Origin: a virus
IMG/VR virus record: IMGVR_UViG_3300033074_002003
Length of the DNA stretch: 64,000 bases
Direction: 5' to 3' (one strand)
The position numbers and the translations under genes are program-made. The notes beneath the pieces are model-generated. The model ran no database searches. It was not told where the DNA came from and saw only the letters and a list, made by a program, of their open reading frames with translations. Position 1 is the stretch's first letter; every line of letters starts with the position of its first letter. This document shows, piece by piece, positions 44,904 through 55,765 of the stretch.

Positions 44904-45621
44904 CGAAAGCTAGCGAGTCTGTACCCTTTTGCGCTCCGTCGTAAGTAAACCCGACGCCCATCGATTTCGATCCGCTCAAGAGTCGAGTATTAGCATCAGT
45001 CCCACTCATCGCAAGTCGTGCTGATACGTGAAGTTGCGATGCACTAACTGGCAACACGAGCCCGATTTTATACGGAAATGCGTCGCTGTAAGGCGAAATC
45101 ACCGCAAATTTCGGAACACGACCGGTTCGATACGTTTCGCGCGTGATGAGCGCCCGGCTGTCGACAAATGGGCCCATTGTTCCCGTTCGTCCGGGCACGA
45201 ACTGGTCGGCAATGTCATCAACTTCGCCGAACTCATTTTCGTTGCCCGATTGAATCGCGCCTTTGATTCCCAGCACTTCTTTTGGGAAGAATTCGTTCGA
45301 TCCTGACGCAGAACCGAGAGGATGCAGCGCACCGTCGAAGTAACGTGCTACCCTATCACGGGTCATTCTCTCGAAGCACGCCCGGCCCTGACTTGTTTGT
45401 ATGAATTCGGACGACACGTAGCGCTGCTGTTCTTCAAATGGCGCGGGGTAATCAAACTGTCCAACTTGCCCGAACTCAACCTGTGGCAGTTTGTGATCGT
45501 CGTACCCAGACCAGATTTTTGCGACACCGGCCGCTACGTGCTCTGGTGCTGTTATTTCGACGCCCTGACGGTATCCGTCTACTTCACGTGTATCGATTGT
45601 GCCACTCGGGTGCGTTGCCAT
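44887..45621 (-). CDS. Structural protein (244 aa)
   Basis: Late operon. Confidence 0.5.
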   Translation of the reverse strand: MATHPSGTIDTREVDGYRQGVEITAPEHVAAGVAKIWSGYDDHKLPQVEFGQVGQFDYPAPFEEQQRYVSSEFIQTSQGRACFERMTRDRVARYFDGALHPLGSASGSNEFFPKEVLGIKGAIQSGNENEFGEVDDIADQFVPGRTGTMGPFVDSRALITRETYRTGRVPKFAVISPYSDAFPYKIGLVLPVSASQLHVSARLAMSGTDANTRLLSGSKSMGVGFTYDGAQKGTDSLAFGGFKF

Positions 45622-46098
45622 TTACACCCTCCTCTTGACGATATTTCGCTGTGCATCATTGAATGCGGGTGCTTTTCCGTAACTTCCCGGCGGCGCGATG
45701 AGACGCGTCGAAAGCGCGGTGGGTTGATCTCTGCTGGCAAGGCTTGCGTCGGTGACTTCGCCCGAAACAACGGCTATTGTGTACTGAACATCAGGTATGT
45801 CTGAGTATGCGGTGATGGCGTAGATGCCCGATTGCGTCGCTGTGAAGACTACTGATTTTTTTCCGACGCCCGTCCATGTCGCGACGACGGGTGTAGCTGG
45901 TGGTAGAGGCGGCGTGGGCCACGAAATTAGAACTGTCATCCCAGTCGTAGGGAAGTTCACAATGCAAGAATAGACGCCGCCAGCAACGTCAATGTTGCAA
46001 GAGTGAACTCTTTGGTAGCGTCCCTTTGATGCGCACGCGGCAGTAAGCGTTTCGGACGTTTCAACGCCAATAGTCGACGTTCCAGTACAACCTGCCAT
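45622..46098 (-). CDS. Structural protein (158 aa), Ig-like
   Basis: Late operon. Confidence 0.45.
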   Translation of the reverse strand: MAGCTGTSTIGVETSETLTAACASKGRYQRVHSCNIDVAGGVYSCIVNFPTTGMTVLISWPTPPLPPATPVVATWTGVGKKSVVFTATQSGIYAITAYSDIPDVQYTIAVVSGEVTDASLASRDQPTALSTRLIAPPGSYGKAPAFNDAQRNIVKRRV

Positions 46099-49000
46099 TA
46101 GAACTTCCTCATAGAACCGACGACCTGCTGTACCAAAATATCCCGTGGTGACAGAATTCTCGCGGTTTCACCGAGGTACGTGTCACCGTGGAAATACCTC
46201 TTCCTCGCCCTCTCCAACATGTGAGATTCTACTACGAAGTTCGTTCCGAAGAAGCGTGTCTTGCGTGGGATGAGCTGCTCGATGAAAGAGCTGATCGACG
46301 CATCAAACCACTTGAAGTACTCAAAGAACGCGCGCAGGTTTACTTTTCCCGTGAGGCGATTGAAGTAAATGTCCCTGATGTTTACGAGACCGGGATAATC
46401 GGAATCAAACATCAGCTGCGGATCTCCCAGAGAGTTGTCGAGATCGCTGAGCGTCGCAAAGATGTTCGTGATGTCGCGGTTGAGCGCATCGATGACTGAA
46501 AACTCGATAGTGAATCGCGTATCGTCAGTTGGTGTCTCGCTCGGTTCTGGGTCGTAGACAGGCGCGACACCCGCAACATCTGACTCGACGACGTTCTTAT
46601 ACGATAGGAAGCTGCGCGCTCGTACCTTGTCTGTTGTCGCCGCCTCGTCGATCGCCGGCGAGATCATAGAGTACGAGAACGTGTCAGAGAGAAGGTATTT
46701 TCTGTTCGCTGTGAGCCCACTGCCCGCGAGGTGAAATGCGTTCTGCGAGAAATCGAAGAGTTGCAGCGTCCCCTGCGAAGACGCGCTAAGCGTTGTTTGT
46801 TCGATCGAGATGTCTGTCCTCAGCCTCCCGAAAGTGCCTGTGGCGACTGTGTTGAAAGAGAACTGTGACCATGGCGATGACACACCGACAGAACGATAGT
46901 TTCGCGCGTGTTCGCGCCACTCGTCTTCTGTGAGCGCTCGCGACCAGAACTTGATCATGCTGAACTGACCTTCGAACGTCGACGCGCGGGCTTCTGCTAC
47001 TACGTTTGTCGAATCGTTCAAGAAGTCAAGCGACGCACCAGATGATACCGTTCGATTTCCGATGACAATGCAGCTGCCCGACGCATTTGTCGAGCCTGTA
47101 ATGAACTCAAACGCGGGTTTGATCGACGACGAGCCGCGATCGCTAAAGTAAGACGACGTCACGTAGCTCTCTACGATCTCAGAACCATCCTGTCTCGCGA
47201 GGCGAAGGAAGTAAGAAGACGATGCGTACGATCCGAACTCGTCGTTCCTGCTCCTGCCGAATGACACGCTCCACTTTTCGCCGTCAAATACGTTCGCGCC
47301 CGTAATCTGCATGACAAGTGTGGGAGCGATTGCACCCAGATTTTCTCTGCCTCTGACATACGCGCGAACGGCGGGAATGTCGGTGAACGTACTGCCCGAG
47401 GTCGCCACAATGTTTACCAACGTACCCCAGCCGTCAGACGTGCCCGTAAACGCCGATCCGGTAACAACCAGTCTTACGAGGCTCTGCGTAGAGACGGGAG
47501 TGATTCTCCTACCGATAGGGTACTTGTACGTGCCCTCGAAAGTAAAAGATCCAGACGTTAGCAGCGCATCGCTCGCGGAGTTAGAAATACCGTGCGGCGG
47601 GTACGTCTCTTTTCGCACCATCGTCCCAACGGGTAGCGGGAATCCGACCTCAGTTCTACTGCCCGATAGCGGTGGTGAGACAAAGTATCCCGACCTGTCA
47701 CTCATGTCAACGACATAGTGCTGCTGTGTGCGCCTCTCACGCACAGACGACAGTTGGCGCCGCGTCGGTCCACCGAACTCTCGAATCCTGATACTGTTGT
47801 CTGGGTCGATTCCGATTGCTCGTATGAAAGCCTTCACCGAGTGAATCGTTCCCTTTGACTTGATGACATCACTGAGATTTGTCAGGATTCGACGGTGAAT
47901 TTGGTTCTGCACGTACTGCAGGGCGTGCTGATTTGTGCCGAAGTCACCCTGAATGTTCTCGGCGTCAATGTACTGTTGGATCGACGCATCAGAGAAGAAC
48001 GACGGTACCTCGAATCCCATTTGTGAGAAGAGAAACGGGAGGAAGTTGTCGGGCGCCGTGTCAGGGTTGTTGTAATCGATGTTGTTCAGCGTCGCGAAGG
48101 CGTCTATGTAGAGCTTCATTTCGTCGAAAAACTTTGCCCAGACATACAGGAACGAAGATAGAAGCTGTGCAGCGCCGAGCTCGCCGGTACCAGGAGCGCC
48201 GGTTCCCGTGTACGAATCACCGATCGTTCCCTCTTCTGACTCCATGCCATCAAGCTCTTTCCCTTCCCTGAAATAATGCGAGGGAACGAGACGGGTAATG
48301 AGGTTTGGGTTGGTCCCGTCATATTCTGAGGCCGAAAGAAGTAGGTTTGTGTTTAGCGACAGGGTGTCAGTAAATGCTGGGAAGAGAACGGGCGAGAGCT
48401 CTACTTTTTCGTTCGTGATGGGTGGTGTCAGGCTTCCCGTAGAGCGATTTGCAAACGAAAAATTCGAGACGTACGCGTGAAGCTCATTACCAGAACTGTC
48501 AATGACAATTCCATTGTCTGCTGCTGTCGTCGAACCAAGTAGCGTACCAGAGGGTTCGTTGAACTTGTAGTACAGTTTCAGCGCGGGTGACGCAAAGACG
48601 CTCTTGGTTGCCGAAGCGCGCAGTGCTTCTTCGCTCCTCGCCTCGTGATAAAATCTGAACTCATCGATCGATCCGGAGAATGTCTGTCCTGGCGTGACAG
48701 TGATGCCGTTGAATCTCACGGCAGAGCCAGAACCGATTGTAAGTGCGGCGGCAGCAGAACCCAGATTTCCTAGAGCGTACGAGCTCGTCGATTCGGCCAC
48801 GAGTCGCGCGTCTACGAAGATCTGTGCTTTGTTCTTGCGCGGCGAACGATCGAAAGATACGCAGATGTGATTGAAACGTCCCTTTGTCAGTGGGAACGAC
48901 GTGAAAACACACTCGCTGCCAGACACTACGGCGAGCGTTCCGACACACTGTGTCGTAGAACCCGTCTGTTCGAGGTGGAAAGAGAAACCGTTCGTGCCGC

Positions 49001-49571
49001 CAGAGAGCTTCTGGAAAACGATTTGGTTTCCGTTTGTCTGTTGCGGGATGTAGACGTGTGACTCGAGGGAAAATGACCTGAGCCCAGGATCTAGGACGTT
49101 TGTTCCCAGCTTGTCCGTCGACAGGGTGGGAATGCCCGCGCCATTTAGGCCGCTGACAGAGATGAACGTGCCGACAGATCCGGTAGCCGCACTGCCACTG
49201 AAGTTGAGGTACCCGACGTTCTTTGGGAAGCGATCGTATACCCATTTTTCGAACCCGGTGAGGCTCTCGAAGAACTTCTCGAGGTCTCGCTTCGCACCGT
49301 CAAACGGAAAGTGATTGACGACCCTGTCAAAAGCAACGTTCGTGCTTACCTCAGCAGAGTTGAAGAAGACGTGATTCTGAAACTTTGACCAGTCTACATT
49401 TAGCTGCTGTGTTGACTTTAGCCCGCTTCCGGGAACGTCGTAGTAGAACGACGCGGTACTCTCGGAGTTCGTGTCAGACATCTCAGAAAGAGTCGCTCGC
49501 ACCTCTCTATTTCTTGAGAGAAGCGCTTTTACGAAGGAAGGTGATCCGAGCTGCCCGAGCGAAGATGCCAT
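46098..49571 (-). CDS. Very large baseplate/fibre-associated protein (1157 aa) with LamG-like region
   Basis: HVYIPQQTNGNQIVFQKLSGGTNGFSFHLEQ (LamG-like). ATG preceded by the late motif. Confidence 0.55.
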   Translation of the reverse strand: MASSLGQLGSPSFVKALLSRNREVRATLSEMSDTNSESTASFYYDVPGSGLKSTQQLNVDWSKFQNHVFFNSAEVSTNVAFDRVVNHFPFDGAKRDLEKFFESLTGFEKWVYDRFPKNVGYLNFSGSAATGSVGTFISVSGLNGAGIPTLSTDKLGTNVLDPGLRSFSLESHVYIPQQTNGNQIVFQKLSGGTNGFSFHLEQTGSTTQCVGTLAVVSGSECVFTSFPLTKGRFNHICVSFDRSPRKNKAQIFVDARLVAESTSSYALGNLGSAAAALTIGSGSAVRFNGITVTPGQTFSGSIDEFRFYHEARSEEALRASATKSVFASPALKLYYKFNEPSGTLLGSTTAADNGIVIDSSGNELHAYVSNFSFANRSTGSLTPPITNEKVELSPVLFPAFTDTLSLNTNLLLSASEYDGTNPNLITRLVPSHYFREGKELDGMESEEGTIGDSYTGTGAPGTGELGAAQLLSSFLYVWAKFFDEMKLYIDAFATLNNIDYNNPDTAPDNFLPFLFSQMGFEVPSFFSDASIQQYIDAENIQGDFGTNQHALQYVQNQIHRRILTNLSDVIKSKGTIHSVKAFIRAIGIDPDNSIRIREFGGPTRRQLSSVRERRTQQHYVVDMSDRSGYFVSPPLSGSRTEVGFPLPVGTMVRKETYPPHGISNSASDALLTSGSFTFEGTYKYPIGRRITPVSTQSLVRLVVTGSAFTGTSDGWGTLVNIVATSGSTFTDIPAVRAYVRGRENLGAIAPTLVMQITGANVFDGEKWSVSFGRSRNDEFGSYASSSYFLRLARQDGSEIVESYVTSSYFSDRGSSSIKPAFEFITGSTNASGSCIVIGNRTVSSGASLDFLNDSTNVVAEARASTFEGQFSMIKFWSRALTEDEWREHARNYRSVGVSSPWSQFSFNTVATGTFGRLRTDISIEQTTLSASSQGTLQLFDFSQNAFHLAGSGLTANRKYLLSDTFSYSMISPAIDEAATTDKVRARSFLSYKNVVESDVAGVAPVYDPEPSETPTDDTRFTIEFSVIDALNRDITNIFATLSDLDNSLGDPQLMFDSDYPGLVNIRDIYFNRLTGKVNLRAFFEYFKWFDASISSFIEQLIPRKTRFFGTNFVVESHMLERARKRYFHGDTYLGETARILSPRDILVQQVVGSMRKF

Positions 49572-49575
49572 TTCA

Positions 49576-49590
49576 GTGTCTTAAATAGAC
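49576..49590 (-). promoter_or_regulatory. Late leaderless promoter GTCTATTTAAGACAC-tgaa-ATG
   Basis: Late motif. Confidence 0.55.
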
Positions 49591-49614
49591 GTGCTGAAAT
49601 TATACTGCGCGCTC

Positions 49615-51135
49615 TCAACGAGGTTCGTTGACCCTGAAATTTCCGCCGACATTTCGGTGTATGACCCTTGAGTCGCCCTCTTTGATCATGACATCAACGG
49701 CGTAAGAACGACCCGCGACAAATGTATCCATGAACAGCTTGAACCTGAGACCCAGCGAGTCTGATGACATCTTCGTCGAGTTGCTCGATTCGTCAAATGG
49801 GATCACCACGTCATTCGTGACTGCGTCTCGAACGCTGTAGTGAACAGCCTCCGGTATGTAAGATTTTGCGAGCCGCGTGACTTTCGTACTTGTGTCAGCA
49901 ACACCGAGCTTGCGAACAAAGGCACGGAGATGTACAGCTTGATCAGTCGTATACTCTTCTTGCACGTTCGTAAGAGACACGACGTACTGGACTGGCATCA
50001 GACCGAACGTCTGCGCGTCCTGTGACTTTAGTGTGAGTGTCTGCGAAAGAAATGGAACTGTACCGTCTAGAGACGACCAGATTTCCGTGAACGTCACAGA
50101 CCCGCTGGTTGCGAGCTGCTCTCTGATCGCTGGGATCGACGTCGGCACAGCTACAGACGCGTAATACGTTCCGCTCGTGTACGGCGCAGATGTGTACTGT
50201 GATGCAGGGAACGTGAATGTGTAGATACCACCCGACACCGGTGTCTCGAGGCGAAGTGAGATGCAATTTGGTCCCGTAAGCGAAGACAGGGCCGCACCTG
50301 ACACGAGATTCTTCAGCCCGCCCGGGACGTGGTTGTAGAGAAACAGCGTGCCTGACACGTCGAGCGTCATGTTATTTCGATCGTCGCTCACCGCGTCGTT
50401 CCAACGGGCAATGAGTCGCGGGCGCTTCCAGGGATCGTTCGCAGATCGAGACCCGAATCTCTTGACAAACCTTGACTTTGTATCGTTCTCTTCTGCTGAC
50501 ACAAAAGAGATGCGGAAACCCTTGTCAGGGATCAACCCCGCAATCGTCGCGGATATCAGAGAGGTGATGTCTAGAAGCAGATCTTCTGTTCCGAGCGCAA
50601 AAGACTGCGACACGCCAAATTGTGTGATGCCGGCGCCGATGTTGCCGCTCGTAATGATGTCGATGTTCGATGAACCGAGAAGGCCCTGTCCGTTGGCACC
50701 CGAAGCAAACCACACGCTCACTCCGCCGCTCCATGACGCTGTCAAGAAATTAGCTGTGTCGCGGTCGCGATAGTATGCGACATCGCGGCCTGTACCCTCA
50801 TCAAATGAACGCGACAGTGGGTAGAGCACGAGCGAAAAGTTAGCGGGTGTTGTCTGCGAGCCGTAGACATCTGAGAGCTTCAACAGAACGCTGAACGTTG
50901 GGTCATTGACAGCGATCCCGGCAGATGACATCTGTGCTTGCAGGTCAGAGAGGTCAAATTTGATGAGGGCGCGCGACAACTCAACGTTCGGAACACTTCC
51001 GGACGACGTCACGCCGTAGAGCTTGAAGAGATCAAGCGTGCCAGCTCTTCCCAGATTTGCACCGGTGACGCGGCGACCGGAAATCACGCGATCCGTGATG
51101 TACGTGTCTTTTTCGGCAAACAGAATTCGGTACAT
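49615..51135 (-). CDS. Baseplate protein (506 aa)
   Basis: Translationally coupled (TAATG) to the upstream 616-aa gene. Confidence 0.5.
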   Translation of the reverse strand: MYRILFAEKDTYITDRVISGRRVTGANLGRAGTLDLFKLYGVTSSGSVPNVELSRALIKFDLSDLQAQMSSAGIAVNDPTFSVLLKLSDVYGSQTTPANFSLVLYPLSRSFDEGTGRDVAYYRDRDTANFLTASWSGGVSVWFASGANGQGLLGSSNIDIITSGNIGAGITQFGVSQSFALGTEDLLLDITSLISATIAGLIPDKGFRISFVSAEENDTKSRFVKRFGSRSANDPWKRPRLIARWNDAVSDDRNNMTLDVSGTLFLYNHVPGGLKNLVSGAALSSLTGPNCISLRLETPVSGGIYTFTFPASQYTSAPYTSGTYYASVAVPTSIPAIREQLATSGSVTFTEIWSSLDGTVPFLSQTLTLKSQDAQTFGLMPVQYVVSLTNVQEEYTTDQAVHLRAFVRKLGVADTSTKVTRLAKSYIPEAVHYSVRDAVTNDVVIPFDESSNSTKMSSDSLGLRFKLFMDTFVAGRSYAVDVMIKEGDSRVIHRNVGGNFRVNEPR

Positions 51136-52985
51136 TAGGTCGCGATCCCCACTAGATCTATGTCAGGAAACCTAACTTCAAACATGCCACCGGGCGGTGG
51201 GATAAGCATATCGTGCTTTGTGTTTGAGTCTACATCGAAAGAAAAATCGCTGTAAGTGTTCGAACCAACAACACCAGCAGCACTCACGAACTTAATCTGA
51301 TTCACAGATACGACGCCCGAAGTGTTGAAGATGATGTTGTGTACGTCAGAGAGCACGATCGGTTTGTCTATCGTGAAGTTCTTCACATCAAAGAAACGCT
51401 TCAGTTTCGTCAAGATTGACTGCAATACCAGGTTCTTGTTCATTCCTGGCTCTACTGTCACGCGAAATCTCAGCTGGAGATCGACGATCTTGCCGTCGTA
51501 GATGTCTATCGCATCGGAGATCATCCTGTACGTGTTCAAGTACGTTACGAGATTTTTCTTCAGCGTGTCTGGCGAGGTGATGAGGCGACCGTCCTCATCG
51601 CGACTGATTACATAGAGCTCAGTGACGAGCGGATTGCTCGAACTGGAACGGATACCCGCCCGGAAGACGCGCCCGAAGTTAGACGGTAGCGTGTAGATGC
51701 GCGCGAGAATGTCGGGCCGGGTTACGATCCTCGACTGTGCGCTACGTGCTGCTGGGATGAGGCGCTTCAACTCGTCTGTCGTCGGTGGATCTTCACCGCC
51801 TGACGCGCGAAACGGGTTTCTGACATCTACAGAGTTCCGTACGCGCGAGGCGAGGGCGGCCGAAGGTCCACCCGGGAATACCATTTTCACCGTCGGGATC
51901 GCATTGATCGTACCAGCTGCGACGTTGTGGCTGAGACCCCCGCCGTGTTGGTACGCGATTGTCAGCGTAGTATTCGTGCCAGCTACACCCAACGTCCTCG
52001 TGTTGAGAAGTGTGCCAGGATCGATAGACGTCCGCGTAAATGTCCTCTTGCCGTAGAGCGGTAGCGCAAAATCTGTGGGATCTGGGATGGCGTCATCTTC
52101 TAGCGTGTCTGCTGACCCACCACCGAAAACAAGCGTTGTTGTGCGGGACGACGTTGACGTTTTTCTGACGTATCTGTACGGAGCGGGTGTGAGCATCAGA
52201 ACGTCAGTGACCACATCGCCGTCGTCATTTACGTTTGGGACTCGTGAATAGACGACGTCCTGTGTGTGACGCTCGACCTCGTAGTACGTATTTCCGATGT
52301 CGTCGCTGACCTTCATGATCTCTGTCACGTTAGGATTGGACAGAGATACCTCACGGAACTGCACGAAATCGGAGCCGATCGCAAAGCTCTCCTGCGTTCG
52401 AAATCCAGACATGCACACGCCGACGGCAGTAACGACATATGTTGCTGGTGAACCGTCTGACAACACGTCTGCGAACCTGACAGTTGCCTTGAGATCACCG
52501 AGTTTGTTTCTCTCCGAGAAGTCAAGGTCGTCAAGAAGAACAAATTCTGTACCATTGTCAGCGATGCAGATCGTTCCCTCTTGCAAGACTGGTAGTGCGC
52601 TCGTTTGTACTCGCTTGCCACCAAAGCTGTCAGGTTCCGCTGGGACTTCGATGCTGAACTCGCAGAGGACAACTGCGGGTGACGCGCCCGTAATCTTTAC
52701 GTCTGCAGAGCGCAGGGCACGCTCGATGTTCTGATTTTCAACGGCGTCTTCTGAGCTCAGCTCTGAAAATTGGTGATCAAGGTAGAATGAGAGGTTGTCA
52801 CCGACGAATGCAGCAAAATCGATGAGGACACCGCCAAGACCTGATTCTGAAAAATCGCGGATCTTGTCGTCATAGTACGTCCGCGCGTACTCAACGATGT
52901 CCTGCCTGAGTCCCGCAAAGCTCTTGTTGAGGTAGCGTCGGGCCCTGACTGACTGGATTACGTCTTTCTTTGTGTCTACGGCCAT
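51135..52985 (-). CDS. Baseplate wedge protein, gp6/J-like candidate (616 aa)
   Basis: Size and position immediately downstream of the gp25-like gene. Confidence 0.45.
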   Translation of the reverse strand: MAVDTKKDVIQSVRARRYLNKSFAGLRQDIVEYARTYYDDKIRDFSESGLGGVLIDFAAFVGDNLSFYLDHQFSELSSEDAVENQNIERALRSADVKITGASPAVVLCEFSIEVPAEPDSFGGKRVQTSALPVLQEGTICIADNGTEFVLLDDLDFSERNKLGDLKATVRFADVLSDGSPATYVVTAVGVCMSGFRTQESFAIGSDFVQFREVSLSNPNVTEIMKVSDDIGNTYYEVERHTQDVVYSRVPNVNDDGDVVTDVLMLTPAPYRYVRKTSTSSRTTTLVFGGGSADTLEDDAIPDPTDFALPLYGKRTFTRTSIDPGTLLNTRTLGVAGTNTTLTIAYQHGGGLSHNVAAGTINAIPTVKMVFPGGPSAALASRVRNSVDVRNPFRASGGEDPPTTDELKRLIPAARSAQSRIVTRPDILARIYTLPSNFGRVFRAGIRSSSSNPLVTELYVISRDEDGRLITSPDTLKKNLVTYLNTYRMISDAIDIYDGKIVDLQLRFRVTVEPGMNKNLVLQSILTKLKRFFDVKNFTIDKPIVLSDVHNIIFNTSGVVSVNQIKFVSAAGVVGSNTYSDFSFDVDSNTKHDMLIPPPGGMFEVRFPDIDLVGIAT

Positions 52986-52986
52986 T

Positions 52987-53466
52987 TTATCCGATCGTGT
53001 ACAGCGTTACCAGGAGCTGACGTTCCTTGATGCTAAGTAGCGGGATGTTGTACGTTATGCGAATCTGCACGATCGCCGCGTTATTGGGATCGGTGAAATC
53101 TATGTTTGACACGTAGTCGACGGGCTGCACGTACGGCATCCACTTGTTGATCGCTCCCGCGATTCTTACGATCGCCTCCGAATCGAAATCCTCCTCAGAA
53201 GACAGTTCGGTGGTCAGTTCACGCAGGTTTGCGCCAAAATCGTACAACATGACGCGCTCACCCCAGTTCGTCAGGATCAGATTCCTGAGGTTGTCGTGAA
53301 GTTGGTCCGCGAGCGAGTAGTGCATTGCAAACACACCTTCAGAATTTCCGCCGAATCGGAGCGGTGTCATGAACCCAATGGGTGTCAGCGATCCGGACAC
53401 GGCAGAAGCGTCTTCTGCGCGCTTCTGAGACGTTTTGCCCACGCTCTTGAAGCTGATTGTTCCCAT
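52987..53466 (-). CDS. Baseplate wedge protein gp25/GPW-like
   Basis: LRNLILTNWGERVMLYDFGANLREL...AINKWMPY conserved core. Confidence 0.65.
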   Translation of the reverse strand: MGTISFKSVGKTSQKRAEDASAVSGSLTPIGFMTPLRFGGNSEGVFAMHYSLADQLHDNLRNLILTNWGERVMLYDFGANLRELTTELSSEEDFDSEAIVRIAGAINKWMPYVQPVDYVSNIDFTDPNNAAIVQIRITYNIPLLSIKERQLLVTLYTIG

Positions 53467-53467
53467 T

Positions 53468-53483
53468 GAGTCCTAAATAGGCG
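53468..53483 (-). promoter_or_regulatory. Late leaderless promoter GCCTATTTAGGACTCA-ATG
   Basis: Late motif. Confidence 0.55.
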
Positions 53484-53492
53484 CGACCGCAA

Positions 53493-54425
53493 TCACACGA
53501 GCCCGCAAAGCTTCGCCCCTGTCTTTGCGAAATTTCCCGAACCAACGAGCATCCCGATTATCACTGTCACGATCATCCCGACGACATTTTTCAGGTACAC
53601 GAGGAGGCACGCGATGAGAAGCTTCGGTGTTATGAGCAAGAGATTGAGTTCTGTCAGAATCCCGAGAAGTGATTCGAAACAGAGATCGAACACTTTCAAC
53701 GGAAGCTCGGGTAGTTTCAGCGCAAGATCTAGAGAGGGTGGAATGATGAGCTTCTTCAGGACAATGAATGGCAACTCGAGAAGTTTGGTTACGAATTCTG
53801 GTAGGATGAGCGTCGGCGGAGGCAGTGGAATTGTCGGGAGGTCGGGTGGAATTCCCGGGGGTGGGAAGGGAATTGCGAAGGGTGGGATGGGCGGTGGGAA
53901 CTTGATGCCCAACTTTGCCATCAACACCGGGATCGTAAGCTCAGGTATCGTTAGTTTCAACTCTCCGAGCTTCGGAATGAAATCGTCAGGAAATTTCGGT
54001 GGGAAAGGAAAATCGGGGCCGAACGCGAATGACATATCACACACGGGCGCAAAGGGTGTCGAGCCCGCGAGGTCAAGGGCGTTTGCTGTGCCCTCGAAGA
54101 GCGTGTCTAGGAAGATAGTGTGAAGTATGGGCGCGTTAGCTCGCGTTTTGATGTGTGCCGCTTGTTCTGCGGCGAATGGGTCAGCTCCGAACCAGAAAAT
54201 CTTCTCTTTCTGCAGAGTGGTAACATTGACAATTTCAGGTAGCGGATCTACGGGTGGGAGGGCAAATAGAGACGTGAGCCCGCCCTTCAGACCGTGACCG
54301 CCCTCGTTCCCGGCTACGAGAAGTGTCGTCACTTCTTCGAAGTACTTATCACGCGCCGCAGAGGTCAATTTCTTGGCGCTCAGGAGACCGACAGACGTGA
54401 GAATTGGATCGTAGAGTCCCATCAC
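53493..54425 (-). CDS. Pro-rich virion protein (310 aa) with hydrophobic C-terminus
   Basis: PPIPPFAIPFPPPGIPPDLPTIPLPPP. GTGA overlap with the upstream gene. Confidence 0.4.
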   Translation of the reverse strand: MMGLYDPILTSVGLLSAKKLTSAARDKYFEEVTTLLVAGNEGGHGLKGGLTSLFALPPVDPLPEIVNVTTLQKEKIFWFGADPFAAEQAAHIKTRANAPILHTIFLDTLFEGTANALDLAGSTPFAPVCDMSFAFGPDFPFPPKFPDDFIPKLGELKLTIPELTIPVLMAKLGIKFPPPIPPFAIPFPPPGIPPDLPTIPLPPPTLILPEFVTKLLELPFIVLKKLIIPPSLDLALKLPELPLKVFDLCFESLLGILTELNLLLITPKLLIACLLVYLKNVVGMIVTVIIGMLVGSGNFAKTGAKLCGLV

Positions 54426-55765
54426 TTCACCAAGACGCGCGTCGCGAATTTCCCGTTCAGTCCGTCAGCTCCGCCCTGCGAGCCGCCCATACTGTCAACG
54501 ATAGGACTTGCAGATACGCGACCTGATGCATTTACGACACCGGCGTGTGTCCCTAGAAGTGCCATGTCTGCATCGTCGCCACCGAGCTTTATCACACCCT
54601 TCTCTGAGGGAATGAAGACAATATCACCGCTCTTCTTTATGACGATCATCGCAGCGTCAGAATCAGGTGTCTCGGCTGTGGCTTTCACGAGAAGCTTGAT
54701 ATCTTCGCGCGCAATGATCCTCACCTGATCCGCTTTGACAACGGCCGCGGACGCTTGTGCAGAAGATGTGTCTTTGAGCTTCCCGTGCTTCACAGCAAAG
54801 TTTCGATCTGCTTTCGTTGACATAGAGAGCACGATCGTTGCGGCGTCATTGTCAAAATCAAAGTCGCCCTCACTACGCGATTCTTGCGTGCCAACAGTCT
54901 TGTCGATCTCGTCTTTTCCACGCGCGTTCTTGACCCTCTTACCAGAAGTCTTCGGCTTCCGTCCCCTACCGACACTCGCCGTGATTGTTCCGGACTTTGC
55001 AGTAACGTCTGCGGCAGGCAGCGAACCGTCCGGATTTGCCGCGAGAGAAGATCGATCTGTGCCCAAGACAAGCAATGCGTTATTTGCACCCTGAAGCGCG
55101 AGATCACCTGGTCGCTTTGTGAAGCGCGGGACATCTTCCATCTCGGTAGCTCGCGCGGCTTTCGACACAGAGACAATGTTCTTGTACGCGTCTGGGCCGC
55201 CCGGGATGCTGCCTGTGCCCTTCAACGTGACGTCTTCGCCGTCAAGCAGCCCGACTGCTCCGTTGTGAAATCCCGGAACGGGCGGGGGCGTACCGAGACC
55301 TTTGTCGGAAGTTTTCTTTGACGCGCGCCTATCAAACTTGCGGTCTGCGTGTGTGTAGTTGACATCATCGACGGAGCGCATCTCAGCAACGCGATCGATC
55401 CAGAACCCCTGTGCATCGACCATCGACGGGTCCTCAAACATAACCCAAACTTGCTCACCGGGACTTACGGGGAGGCACAGGTGCGGCGAGAAAAATGGAT
55501 AGAAGATCTCTGGGCCGTTTACTTCCGTTGCGCCGGTCCTTATTCTCTCGGCAATGACGGAATTTCGCGGCAGATTGCGGATGTTGTTTGTGAACCTAAC
55601 GCGCGAACGTATTGAGTCAATCTCTTCGTCAGTAAGCGAAACAGGATCGAAAATGACATCATGCACAACAGCTCTCTGATAGAGAGGTGCTGACCCCGCG
55701 GCACCGCCGCGACCATGTGGGCCAACAGAGCCGTCTGCAATAGATTTTGAACCGTTATTGTCCAT
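54422..55765 (-). CDS. Baseplate hub/central spike candidate (447 aa)
   Basis: OB-fold-like N-terminus (VSPGEQVWVMFEDPSMVDAQGFWIDRV). Start trimmed from ORF 54422..56020 to MDNNGSK, which overlaps the upstream stop (ATGA). Confidence 0.4.
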   Translation of the reverse strand: MDNNGSKSIADGSVGPHGRGGAAGSAPLYQRAVVHDVIFDPVSLTDEEIDSIRSRVRFTNNIRNLPRNSVIAERIRTGATEVNGPEIFYPFFSPHLCLPVSPGEQVWVMFEDPSMVDAQGFWIDRVAEMRSVDDVNYTHADRKFDRRASKKTSDKGLGTPPPVPGFHNGAVGLLDGEDVTLKGTGSIPGGPDAYKNIVSVSKAARATEMEDVPRFTKRPGDLALQGANNALLVLGTDRSSLAANPDGSLPAADVTAKSGTITASVGRGRKPKTSGKRVKNARGKDEIDKTVGTQESRSEGDFDFDNDAATIVLSMSTKADRNFAVKHGKLKDTSSAQASAAVVKADQVRIIAREDIKLLVKATAETPDSDAAMIVIKKSGDIVFIPSEKGVIKLGGDDADMALLGTHAGVVNASGRVSASPIVDSMGGSQGGADGLNGKFATRVLVK